From positions 1-44,112 of the IMG/VR virus record IMGVR_UViG_3300041097_000002: a stretch of DNA of 44,112 bases. One strand, given 5' to 3'. Shown piece after piece: positions 1-7,814 of this stretch (positions within the stretch are counted from its first letter, which is position 1; every line of letters begins with the position of its first letter). Both the position numbers and the translations under genes were made by a program. Source of the stretch: a virus. Taxonomy: Duplodnaviria > Caudoviricetes. Under the pieces are notes generated by a model. That model searched no databases. It worked only from the letters and a program-made list of their open reading frames with translations, and was not told the origin of the DNA.

Positions 1-55
1 GAGGGTGGGATTCGAACCCACGTTGCGGTTGCCCGCAAACCGGATTTCGAGTCCG
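1..55 (-). repeat. att site: displaced 3' portion of tRNA-Ser(CGA)
   Basis: Minus strand reads CGGA-CTCGAAA-TCCGG, variable arm TTGCGG-GCAA-CCGCAA, then GTGGGTTCGAATCCCAC (T arm). Bases 1-22 are identical to 44065-44086 and 39-47 to 44104-44112. No tRNA 5' half lies beyond 55. Confidence 0.9.
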
Positions 56-137
56 ATCGGGCATAGAGCGGCAGAGTGCCGCACTCTGACGGCATAGGCG
101 GGCCGACCCACGATCCGACGCATTTTGACGGAATTGC

Positions 138-158
138 GGGTCAGGCGTGGGTCAGGCG
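138..158 (+). repeat. Tandem GGGTCAGGCG repeats, probable integrase arm-type sites
   Basis: Perfect 10-bp repeats at 138-147 and 149-158 near att. A related GTGGGTC occurs at 106-112 (minus) and at 44006-44012 near the other att. Confidence 0.5.
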
Positions 159-216
159 AATACAGCCCGCCAGAGCGCCCGAAGCGCCCTAGAATGAGAG
201 CACCACGAGTAGGCCG

Positions 217-453
217 ATGAAGACAGAGATGCGCCCCGTGTTCGGTTCGCAGGGAGACTATTCCGCGTGGCCCGATTGGCGAGACAGCGGCCGGCGCGTG
301 GAAGTCGAGAAAGATGGCGTGCGACTCACGGGCCGGCTCGTGGCTGACGCGTGGTTCACCGGAGAGGATGAGATCCCGGTGTTCGAGGTAGAACTCGACG
401 GCGGTGGATCGGTCAGTTTCACCGCCTGCGATCGATGGGGGTACCTGAATTGA
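217..453 (+). CDS. Hypothetical protein (moron, 78 aa)
   Basis: ATG ORF with protein-like composition, TAGAAT -10-like box at 190-195, stop overlapping the next gene. Confidence 0.7.
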   Translation: MKTEMRPVFGSQGDYSAWPDWRDSGRRVEVEKDGVRLTGRLVADAWFTGEDEIPVFEVELDGGGSVSFTACDRWGYLN

Positions 454-686
454 GACAACTCGCCGACCTTCTACGCCGGATCGCCGACCGGCTTGACCCG
501 CCGAACCTCGCGGTGCTGACCCCGCCCGGCTTCATCGACACGAACGTCGACTTGGAGTGCTACGAGTGCGGGCACGTTCTCTCCGCCGGCGAGGGACGCC
601 CGACGCGCTGCGATCACTGCGGGCTGCCGACGACGTGGTATCCCATCGGCACGTTCGCGTGGCGTGAATCGGAGCGAGCCGCGTAG
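450..686 (+). CDS. Small zinc-ribbon protein (CxxC...CxxC)
   Basis: CYEC and CDHC motifs. TTG start at 450 overlaps the TGA of the upstream gene (alternative ATG at 435). Confidence 0.65.
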   Translation: MRQLADLLRRIADRLDPPNLAVLTPPGFIDTNVDLECYECGHVLSAGEGRPTRCDHCGLPTTWYPIGTFAWRESERAA

Positions 687-720
687 AGCCCGCAGGAGCG
701 CGCTGCGATGGTCGAAGCCA

Positions 721-894
721 CTACCCCCTTGCCGCCTCTCTGATCGGCGCGCCTGCGCGATCCTCGCGAGCCTGTTCCCGCGCCTCAAGTGTTGCCACGC
801 GGCGGCGCAGTTGCGAGACCTGCGCGGCGAGGTCCGCGTGCATCTTCAGCACGTCGCGCAGGATGGCGGCGAGCGGCTCTACTTCTCGGGGCAT
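721..894 (-). CDS. Small coiled-coil protein (57 aa), not in ORF track
   Basis: Translated by hand: MPREVEPLAAILRDVLKMHADLAAQVSQLRRRVATLEAREQAREDRAGAPIREAARG. Overlaps the upstream gene end. Confidence 0.6.
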   Translation of the reverse strand: MPREVEPLAAILRDVLKMHADLAAQVSQLRRRVATLEAREQAREDRAGAPIREAARG

Positions 895-1106
895 TTCGTG
901 CCTGTGGTGATGAGCGCGACTCGACCTCGCGCGATGATGGCCTCGCCGAGCTCGTCGGGCGCAGGGATGTAGCGCACTTCGCGGATCTCGGCCGGGATGC
1001 GCTCCGGGTGGACGAAGACGAGCGGCAGGGACCGATCGGGCAGGCCGGAGAGGAAGGCGATCACCTCGTCGACGGTCACGACAGCATCCGGTTCAAGTGC
1101 GGCCAC
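879..1106 (-). CDS. Hypothetical protein
   Basis: ORF tiles between the LytTR gene and the 721-894 gene on the late strand. Confidence 0.6.
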   Translation of the reverse strand: MAALEPDAVVTVDEVIAFLSGLPDRSLPLVFVHPERIPAEIREVRYIPAPDELGEAIIARGRVALITTGTKCPEK

Positions 1107-1477
1107 TCCCGGCGGGCGACCCGCACCGGGCCCACGCCGCTGACGACGACCTCGCGGGCAAGCTCGGACGTGCTCGTCTCGACGACGTCGATGCGCTCGA
1201 TCGCCTGCGGGTCGACGAGCGTGCTGCGGCTCACGCGCACCAGGTGCGGGAACCGCTCCTGTATCCGCAAGGTCGACTCTTCCAGCGTGCCGACGAGGCC
1301 GTACACCGTCCAGACCTCGAGCTGCTTCTGCGCCGCGCGCAACATCGTCAGGTCCTCGGCGTTCACGACCGCCGTCGAGGCACCTCTACGCACGAGCAGC
1401 CGCGACCCCGGCATCGGTCGCCCGCAGCCGGCGCAGGTGGCGGTCTGCGGCACGGGCTGACCATCGCGGTACATCAT
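1076..1477 (-). CDS. Stand-alone LytTR-family DNA-binding protein with N-terminal CxxC
   Basis: LVRVSRSTLV...IERI and VRVARR match the LytTR consensus (FxRxHRSxLVN...V.VSRR). No receiver domain. ATGA coupling to the o-spanin stop. Confidence 0.75.
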   Translation of the reverse strand: MMYRDGQPVPQTATCAGCGRPMPGSRLLVRRGASTAVVNAEDLTMLRAAQKQLEVWTVYGLVGTLEESTLRIQERFPHLVRVSRSTLVDPQAIERIDVVETSTSELAREVVVSGVGPVRVARREWPHLNRMLS

Positions 1478-1665
1478 CTGCACAGCGCCTCGCGGACCTC
1501 GTTGTGCCTCACGATCTGGCGCAGCAGGTAGGTGGACATCTGGTCCACGTCGGCCGCCGTCATCGTGATCGTGCGGGCGTGGTCGCAGTAGTCACCGCCC
1601 ATCGTCGCGCACCCACCGCTGAGCACGACGACGCAGCTCGTCAGCATCCAGATCGCGTACCTCAT
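1474..1665 (-). CDS. o-spanin (Rz1-like lipoprotein)
   Basis: MRYAIWMLTSCVVVLSGGC lipobox-like signal. Overlaps the i-spanin 3' end in another frame. Confidence 0.8.
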   Translation of the reverse strand: MRYAIWMLTSCVVVLSGGCATMGGDYCDHARTITMTAADVDQMSTYLLRQIVRHNEVREALCR

Positions 1666-1822
1666 CGTCGACCTCCTGTGCGCGCTCGATCGATTCGAGC
1701 CGGCGCTTGACCACTGCGGCGTCGGCCGCCTTCTTCCCCTCGTGCCGTCCAGCAACCCACGCGGCGAAGATCGCCACGATGCCGGCGAGGAACGGCCAGG
1801 CAGCCGCGAGCAGCGCGCTCAT
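1592..1822 (-). CDS. i-spanin (Rz-like)
   Basis: N-terminal TM helix plus charged helical domain, directly after the endolysin. Confidence 0.8.
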   Translation of the reverse strand: MSALLAAAWPFLAGIVAIFAAWVAGRHEGKKAADAAVVKRRLESIERAQEVDDEVRDLDADELRRRAQRWVRDDGR

Positions 1823-2409
1823 GCCCGCGTCCTGACTTCGCCGCGCCAGACGTTGCCAGGGCGGATGCCGCGGTCGAGCTCGCGCTGCACGCGGGCGACG
1901 GCTTCCGCCTTCGTGACCGTCGAGCTGTCGTCGGCGTCGAGCCCGGCGTTCTGCGCGTAGGCCCGGGGATGCCGGCGCTCGTCGAAGAGCACGTAGTCCG
2001 ATGCTTTGCCGATCGCCGCCGGCCAGAGGATCGCCATGTACAGGTCAGCCAACGTCGTCAGGCGCCCGGTGTAGGGCGCGAGGTAGCGGTAGACGTAGCG
2101 CAGCTGATCCTCGGCCGACATCCCGGCCAGCGCGGCCGCAGAGGTGCCCAGCGCGGCCGCCGTGGTCGGCATGAATTGAATGAGCCCGACGGCACCGGAA
2201 CCGGCCGCGTTGCGGATGTCGGGCCGGAAGGTGCGCCCGGTCTCGAACGCCATGACGGCCATCAGCCAGCCGACGTCGACCCGAAGCTCGTCCGCCGCCC
2301 ACGCGACGCGATCGCGGAAGGTCTGGGACACGTGCTCGCCCCACGGCACGACGCGGTAGTCCACGCGCTTGAGGAACCCGCGCAGGAAGGCAATCAGCGC
2401 GTCAAGCAT
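1819..2409 (-). CDS. Endolysin, lytic transglycosylase/lysozyme-like fold
   Basis: MAFETG catalytic Glu and GAVGLIQFMPxTA SLT motif. C-terminal EF-hand-like DADDSSTVTKAE. Confidence 0.9.
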   Translation of the reverse strand: MLDALIAFLRGFLKRVDYRVVPWGEHVSQTFRDRVAWAADELRVDVGWLMAVMAFETGRTFRPDIRNAAGSGAVGLIQFMPTTAAALGTSAAALAGMSAEDQLRYVYRYLAPYTGRLTTLADLYMAILWPAAIGKASDYVLFDERRHPRAYAQNAGLDADDSSTVTKAEAVARVQRELDRGIRPGNVWRGEVRTRA

Positions 2410-2611
2410 CGCCGATCCCCTGGTCGACGAGCCTGCCGACGATGCCGGCGAGCAGGAGCGCGATGCTCGTCCACTGCACCCAGTCGGCATCGAGCGAGGC
2501 TCGCAGGTCGGCGGGCATGGCGACCCACGCGCCTTGCACTGCCGTTGCCAGCGCCATCGATTGAATGCTGAACATGCGCCATGCGCGGCGCCATTGCGGG
2601 ATCATTCTCAT
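2402..2611 (-). CDS. Holin-like membrane protein (2 TM)
   Basis: 69 aa, two hydrophobic segments, immediately upstream of the endolysin. Confidence 0.7.
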   Translation of the reverse strand: MRMIPQWRRAWRMFSIQSMALATAVQGAWVAMPADLRASLDADWVQWTSIALLLAGIVGRLVDQGIGDA

Positions 2612-2799
2612 TCGTCACGCTCCTGTCCGCGCGCCAGCCGGCGCCACTTCCACAGCAGAAAGCCGATCTGCAATACGACGTAGACGATCGTGACAACGGT
2701 CAGGATCTCGTTGATCGACATGCCGGCGTAGTGCGCGATGGTCACGGCGACAGGTGGAGCGCCTTTGAGGGTCTCTTGGGCGAGGTCGGTCTTCTGCAC
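2608..2799 (-). CDS. Holin, T7 gp17.5-like
   Basis: KGAPPVAV...GMSINE...TIVYVVLQIG resembles the T7-type holin family. Basic C-terminus. Confidence 0.75.
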   Translation of the reverse strand: MQKTDLAQETLKGAPPVAVTIAHYAGMSINEILTVVTIVYVVLQIGFLLWKWRRLARGQERDE

Positions 2800-2808
2800 G
2801 GTGAGTCC

Positions 2809-3147
2809 TTAGATGTGGCGTCCAGACGGATCGAAGGGATCGAGCAGGTGCTCGGCGAGCCAGCGTGCAATGCGCCCGCGCCAGTCGTACTTGCGAGCGT
2901 GCCGCTTCAGCCGCGCCGTCACCGTCGTCTCGCGCGGTGGCTCGAGGAAGAGCAGCGTGCATGGCCCGACGTTGACCACGAAGTCGAGCGCGTAGCCGAC
3001 GATGAGAATTGGCACGCCAAGCCGATAGGCGACCGGTCCGAGGGTGCCGGCGTCGCGCGCGCCCTTGAGGTTCATCACCGCGAGGAAGAAGAGCCAGAGC
3101 GCGTAGCTCGCGCCGAGCGCGTAGAGCGTGATCGTCCATCCGTTCAT
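2809..3147 (-). CDS. Conserved phage membrane protein
   Basis: Two to three hydrophobic segments and C-terminal LLDPFDPSGRH, between tail and lysis genes. Confidence 0.75.
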   Translation of the reverse strand: MNGWTITLYALGASYALWLFFLAVMNLKGARDAGTLGPVAYRLGVPILIVGYALDFVVNVGPCTLLFLEPPRETTVTARLKRHARKYDWRGRIARWLAEHLLDPFDPSGRHI

Positions 3148-3755
3148 GGCCAGCCAGCCTCCAGGTCGATTGCGTCGAGTGAAGCCGCATCGGAAGCGTC
3201 CGCGATCGCGCTGCGCAGCTCGCGTGCGCGCTCGTAGATCGCCTCTCCGCGCGTGAGCATCGCGAGCGCCAGTGCGGCAAGTTGATCGCCGTCGAGCGCG
3301 CGATCGACATTCGCGTCATCGGTCCAAGTGATCGTGACAGCCGTCGGCACACCAACGGCCAGTCGCGTCGTGAGGATCGATTTGAGGTTTCCCTCGTCCT
3401 TGGTGATGCGGTACGCGATGCCGTCAGCGACTGCTGGCGCGTCGAGGCGCTCTTCTCGCAGCCGCTTGACCGACTCCCACGCATCGCGCTTGCGGCCGGC
3501 CAGCGTGAGCACCGGCACCCATCGCTTCGTGTCCGCGTCCCACTCGTGATCGGTGTACTCGTCGCCGGCAGGCTTGTCCGGCTGCCAGTCGATGACCTCG
3601 CCGGTTTCGAGGTCGACGCGCTGCGAGAGGTGGTCGTACTCGCCTTCGATGAAAGCGCAGCCCTCGGGTACGGGAGGTTCTTTCCCGCGAAGCGGCTTTT
3701 CCTTGAACGGCAGGATCTCGCCCGTGTCGAGCCGGTAGTAGCTTCGCCACGTCAT
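3144..3755 (-). CDS. Tail fibre assembly/chaperone-like protein (DUF4376-like C-terminus)
   Basis: WTxxxNxxxxL...ARELRSAI...LDAI...WP pattern, directly after the tail tip gene. Confidence 0.7.
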   Translation of the reverse strand: MTWRSYYRLDTGEILPFKEKPLRGKEPPVPEGCAFIEGEYDHLSQRVDLETGEVIDWQPDKPAGDEYTDHEWDADTKRWVPVLTLAGRKRDAWESVKRLREERLDAPAVADGIAYRITKDEGNLKSILTTRLAVGVPTAVTITWTDDANVDRALDGDQLAALALAMLTRGEAIYERARELRSAIADASDAASLDAIDLEAGWP

Positions 3756-6700
3756 CGCTTGATGACCTCAAGCGTGAGCTGGCCGTCGCTTACCGCATAT
3801 CCGACCGGCCTGATACCGCCATAAGCGCCGTCTGCATTGCAGTAGAGGTTGTAGCGGACTGTCTGCCCGGCCGCGACGCTCGTCGAGTAGGAGGGCGCGC
3901 CAGAGCCGGCGTATGTCCCAGCGACGGCCGGTGTAGTGACTGCCGTCTTCAGGTCGAGCAGCGCGATCGGCAAGCCGGTAGCGTCGGCGGAGTAGATACC
4001 GACGAAGCCGTGCCGCACATGAGGTGCCGGATTGCTCGCGTGCACCCATACGGACATCGAAGCAGAGCCTCGCACGATGACATCGACCGTCTCTCCGAGG
4101 TCGTTGGTCCATGCCAGATCGGGCGCGCTTTGCGTGCCGGTGCTGGGAGACGTACGAACGCCGTAGTACCCGCCGCTGTTCGAGCCGTCCACGGTGTACC
4201 CCGCCGTGCGAATCACAAGCACGTCGGTCGCCGCGTTCGGCGCGATCAGCTCGGTGTCCTGCAGTTGCTGGATGCGGCCGGCGAAGTACGTTTTACCGGC
4301 GCCGCTGTAGTTCATCAGCGCGCCGATGGACATATAGCGGGCGTTCGCCGGAATCTGCGCTACCTGCCCGGCGCCGAAGTTGATTTCGTAGACCTTCGTC
4401 GATGTCGGCGGCACGGCGCCGAGTAGCCCGAAGTAGTTGTAGGCGCCCTCTGCCGGCCAGGTGGACCCCGCCGAATAGATCGTCGCGCCGTTCGTGTCGA
4501 AGAACCGAACGTACAGGTACATCGTGCAGGTGTCGCCGACGGCATCGCGCAGCGCATAGGCGATCGCGCGGTACGCCTTGGCCTTGTCGACGGGCACCGG
4601 CTTGGTGTAGATGTCCGCAAGCGCGCTCGCGCGCCAGAGGTACTTGCCGAACGTATAACTCGACCCGACCGTGGCCGCGTACCGCTCCGGCCATGTCCCG
4701 GTGTGCAGTACCCACAGCGACGGGTCTTCGATCCCCGGATCGGGCGTGATGCTCATGCCGTGGCTGGCGATCGAAGTCAGCGCGCTCCCGGGGATCGATA
4801 CGACCACCGTGGCGAATTCGTAGGCCCATGCGCTCGTCGCTCCGAGCGGATTGACCGCACGAGCCTGAAACTCGTAGGTCGCATTTCGCAGGACCGCGAT
4901 CGTCAGCGTGGTCCCCGTGGAGTCACCGCGCGCGGACGGCAGCGGGCGCCAGTCGGAGCCGAGTTCCCGATAGCGCATCTCGATATGCCCGCCGTCGCGG
5001 ACATACCCTTGCGAGTGCAGATCCCATGCGATCTCGATGCCGTCGCTCGTTTGCCCGTCGAGCACGTCGAACCCGGTCAGCGCGGCTACGTTCCACAGGT
5101 ACGACGTGTCGGGCGGCAGCGGCTGCACGATCGGCACGAAGCGATCGGCGTCCAGCGTCCAGCTCGTCGACTTCATCTCCACGAGCTGCACGTCGAACGT
5201 GCCATTCCATTTGTCGATGATCTTGACGACCTCGAAGGTCTTGCCGGCGTACTGCGAGCGGTTCGTCAGGTCGATCTCGAGCGTGTCGCCGAGTGCTACG
5301 TCTTCACCGGCGCCGTTCATGTGCAGCATGCAGGTGAAGGCGGGCCGACGACGCTCCAGCTCCACGCCCATCAGGTAGTTCGCCTGCCGGGAATCCGTCG
5401 TCGCAGGCAGAGGAAGATCGACTGCCCGTTCCCCGCCGTCGGCGAGGATGTATGCGGCGTTGCGAACCTGCGGCGGAGAGGTCTCCTGCCAGTGCTTCGA
5501 CGCATCGGCAATCGTCGACGTGATGACGTTCGGCGGTGCCTCGTCGTTGGCCCCCTTGACCACCGTGATCGGCTCGGTGCCGATCACCATGTCGTCGGTG
5601 ACGGTCAGGGTCGCAGGACGGAACGCCCCCGCGAAGATGCGGTACTTGCCGGCGGTGAACACCATCGAGCCCGCCATCGCGGACAGAATGATGTTGCGGT
5701 TCTCTACCGGGCTGTTCGCGGTGTCGAGAATCGTGTTGCACTCGTACCGCTTGATGTTCTCGTAGCCGGAGCCGTCGAGTTTCTTGACCGAAATCGTCTC
5801 GTCGCAGACGTTCGCGGCAGCCGCCACCGAATCCCAATCGATCCAGTCGGACGGAATCCCCATGCCCCGCTGAGACCGTGGAAGGGTCGCCCACCACGCC
5901 GCGAGCAGCGCCGGGTTCGTCGTCCCGGTCATCACCGGGTTGCCCGTTCTCGGATCGTAGGGATACCAGGTCGAGCCGTTCGCCGGGTTGGCGATGCCGA
6001 TGCCGGTGAGCACCATCCCGACGTTCGGGGCCCCGCTCTGGTACACGTCCTCGTCCCACAGCATCAGCGTGCGGGCGAGCGTCGTTCCCCGAACTCGGTG
6101 GCTTGCGCCCCACTTCGGCGACGGGTAGTTCGCGCCCCATGGACTGCTCGTCTGGCTGTACAGGCCCGCGTAATGCGTGCCGTAAAGCTTCGCCGCCCCG
6201 AGGTAGGAATAGCTGATGTTCACCGCCCCACCGGGCGAGGGAACGTCGAGCGTCACGCTCGCGCCGCTCACGCTGACCACGGTGACGGCGGTTGCGACTT
6301 CGCCAAGCCCGATCTGCGCGGCGACAGTGCCGGTTACAGGCGTATCGCCAAGCGCCACGACCTGCGTGCCGGCGGCAAGGCTCACGGTCTTGTATCCCCG
6401 CAGGGTCTTGCGCGCGCTGTACTTCTCGCCCGGAAACGCGGCCGCCGATACGTACTCGTCGCCCAGATACCAGCCCACGAGGCTCGTGGTGTTCGCGGCG
6501 TAGGCCGTGACCGAATCTAGCGCCACCTGGTTCTCGCCGATCGTGTCGGCGTAGAGCAAGGTCCCCCCGGTGCGGATCGTGCCGAGCACGTACTTGCGGG
6601 TGGAGACCGCAGAGCGAACGTTGATGAGCCGGTCTTGCAGCGAGCGGTTATAGGCGTCGCGAGCTTTCTTCTTCGCGCGCTCGCTTTGGTAGACACCGTG

Positions 6701-6856
6701 CGCGAGCAGCGCCCCGGTGAGGATCGTCGCGCCGTAGTTCGCGAGAAACACTCCGACCGAGCCCATCCCCATCTGGGCGAAGAAAACCGTGACGCTGATC
6801 GGGTCGGCCCACGCGATCGACGGGAATAACAGCAGGAAAGCGATCAGACGCGCCAT
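3752..6856 (-). CDS. Tail tip / host-specificity protein (gpJ-like, 1034 aa)
   Basis: YDPR, IDWDSVAAAANVCDE...RYECN...GKYRIFAG motifs, FN3-like repeat (YEFQARAVN), C-terminal beta-rich domains. Start assigned to ATG 6856. Confidence 0.9.
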   Translation of the reverse strand: MARLIAFLLLFPSIAWADPISVTVFFAQMGMGSVGVFLANYGATILTGALLAHGVYQSERAKKKARDAYNRSLQDRLINVRSAVSTRKYVLGTIRTGGTLLYADTIGENQVALDSVTAYAANTTSLVGWYLGDEYVSAAAFPGEKYSARKTLRGYKTVSLAAGTQVVALGDTPVTGTVAAQIGLGEVATAVTVVSVSGASVTLDVPSPGGAVNISYSYLGAAKLYGTHYAGLYSQTSSPWGANYPSPKWGASHRVRGTTLARTLMLWDEDVYQSGAPNVGMVLTGIGIANPANGSTWYPYDPRTGNPVMTGTTNPALLAAWWATLPRSQRGMGIPSDWIDWDSVAAAANVCDETISVKKLDGSGYENIKRYECNTILDTANSPVENRNIILSAMAGSMVFTAGKYRIFAGAFRPATLTVTDDMVIGTEPITVVKGANDEAPPNVITSTIADASKHWQETSPPQVRNAAYILADGGERAVDLPLPATTDSRQANYLMGVELERRRPAFTCMLHMNGAGEDVALGDTLEIDLTNRSQYAGKTFEVVKIIDKWNGTFDVQLVEMKSTSWTLDADRFVPIVQPLPPDTSYLWNVAALTGFDVLDGQTSDGIEIAWDLHSQGYVRDGGHIEMRYRELGSDWRPLPSARGDSTGTTLTIAVLRNATYEFQARAVNPLGATSAWAYEFATVVVSIPGSALTSIASHGMSITPDPGIEDPSLWVLHTGTWPERYAATVGSSYTFGKYLWRASALADIYTKPVPVDKAKAYRAIAYALRDAVGDTCTMYLYVRFFDTNGATIYSAGSTWPAEGAYNYFGLLGAVPPTSTKVYEINFGAGQVAQIPANARYMSIGALMNYSGAGKTYFAGRIQQLQDTELIAPNAATDVLVIRTAGYTVDGSNSGGYYGVRTSPSTGTQSAPDLAWTNDLGETVDVIVRGSASMSVWVHASNPAPHVRHGFVGIYSADATGLPIALLDLKTAVTTPAVAGTYAGSGAPSYSTSVAAGQTVRYNLYCNADGAYGGIRPVGYAVSDGQLTLEVIKR

Positions 6857-7242
6857 GCCGCGCTCGCTTCCGAGAGAGCCACGAAGCCGATTCCGGCCGG
6901 CGTGAGCACCGCTACATCGGCGCCGACCACAACCCCTAGCCCACGTTCGTCCTCGCGCTCGATCAGCGCCAGGTCGCCGCGCTGCGCCATGAGCACGGGA
7001 ATCGGCTCGCCCATCTTCGACTCGACGGCAGCCCGCAACCCGCCGAGATCGCGCAACAGGCGAACGGCAGAGGCTGCGTCCGTCCACTGCCCGCGAAGAT
7101 CGCCTAGCGGGTCGGCGCCGGTTGCTTCCTCGATCCACGAGCAGGCAAACAGCACGCAGTCGTGCTGCCCCCAATCGAAAGGAACGCGGCGGCGCTCGGC
7201 GAGGAACCGCATCAGACGCTCGGGCCAGTCATGGATTCTCAT
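6844..7242 (-). CDS. NlpC/P60-like tail assembly protein (DUF6950-like)
   Basis: PFDWGQHDCxLF and AQRGD motifs, position before the J-like gene. Confidence 0.85.
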   Translation of the reverse strand: MRIHDWPERLMRFLAERRRVPFDWGQHDCVLFACSWIEEATGADPLGDLRGQWTDAASAVRLLRDLGGLRAAVESKMGEPIPVLMAQRGDLALIEREDERGLGVVVGADVAVLTPAGIGFVALSEASAAWRV

Positions 7243-7814
7243 TTGCGTAGGGCTTCACGGGCCGGCCAAGTCAACTGGATCTCCGTCATCGTCTCGACCT
7301 GATCGCATCCAAGGTCGCCCGGATACATCTGCTGTTGATCGGCGCCGTTCCACCGCAGCGGGCTTGCTCTCTGCAATTCCGCTTCGTAGTGCTCGGCCTG
7401 CAAGACAACGCTCGCCGAGTCATTCTTCTCGCTGATCGTCATCGAGCGCATGCGCCCGATCCAATGCACGACGGGCGAACCGATGACCGCGTTCGTCTCG
7501 GCGTCCAGATACGCCTTGAGCAGCTGCACCAGGCGCCCGTGGTACTCGACGCCCGTGGCGATGTCCACGATGCCGACATCCACGCCCGAGAGCCCGAACT
7601 GCATGCCCTCGAATGAACCCGCCGCTTCCGTCATCTGCTCGATCGAGCCCAGAGGCCCGGTGGACAGGTACGTGTCGGAGCCGATGACGATGTTGAACGG
7701 GGCAAGCGTGAAGCGCAGCGTGCCGGCGTCGAAGTAGAACTCCACGAGCGGCGCGACCTGGTAGTGCCGGCCGGTGGCTGCGGCGAGTTGGGCGGGGGAT
7801 AGGCCGCGGCTCAT
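7239..7814 (-). CDS. Baseplate hub / minor tail protein (gpL-like)
   Basis: Position between Dit and the NlpC-like gene. QQxYPGDxG motif. ATGA overlap with the Dit stop. Confidence 0.8.
   Translation of the reverse strand: MSRGLSPAQLAAATGRHYQVAPLVEFYFDAGTLRFTLAPFNIVIGSDTYLSTGPLGSIEQMTEAAGSFEGMQFGLSGVDVGIVDIATGVEYHGRLVQLLKAYLDAETNAVIGSPVVHWIGRMRSMTISEKNDSASVVLQAEHYEAELQRASPLRWNGADQQQMYPGDLGCDQVETMTEIQLTWPAREALRK

Noticed and set aside
1-55. Intact tRNA gene at the left end
   Set aside because: Similarity stops at the anticodon stem, with no D arm or 5' acceptor strand. It is an att remnant.
174-195. AGCGCCC repeats as repressor operators
   Set aside because: They share only the central GC part and lack the AATAG/CTATT palindromic arms of OR/OL.
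3752-4800. Invertible tail-fibre shufflon
   Set aside because: No invertase, inverted repeats or reversed alternative C-termini were seen.
4703-6520. 605-aa plus-strand ORF
   Set aside because: Antisense shadow of the tail tip gene. Arg/His/Val-rich composition typical of GC-rich reverse frames.
6857-7174. N-terminal extensions given by the ORF track (tail tip; likewise endolysin, portal, helicase, Bet, Exo)
   Set aside because: They overlap upstream genes with low-complexity Arg-rich sequence. Downstream starts with stop/start coupling fit better.
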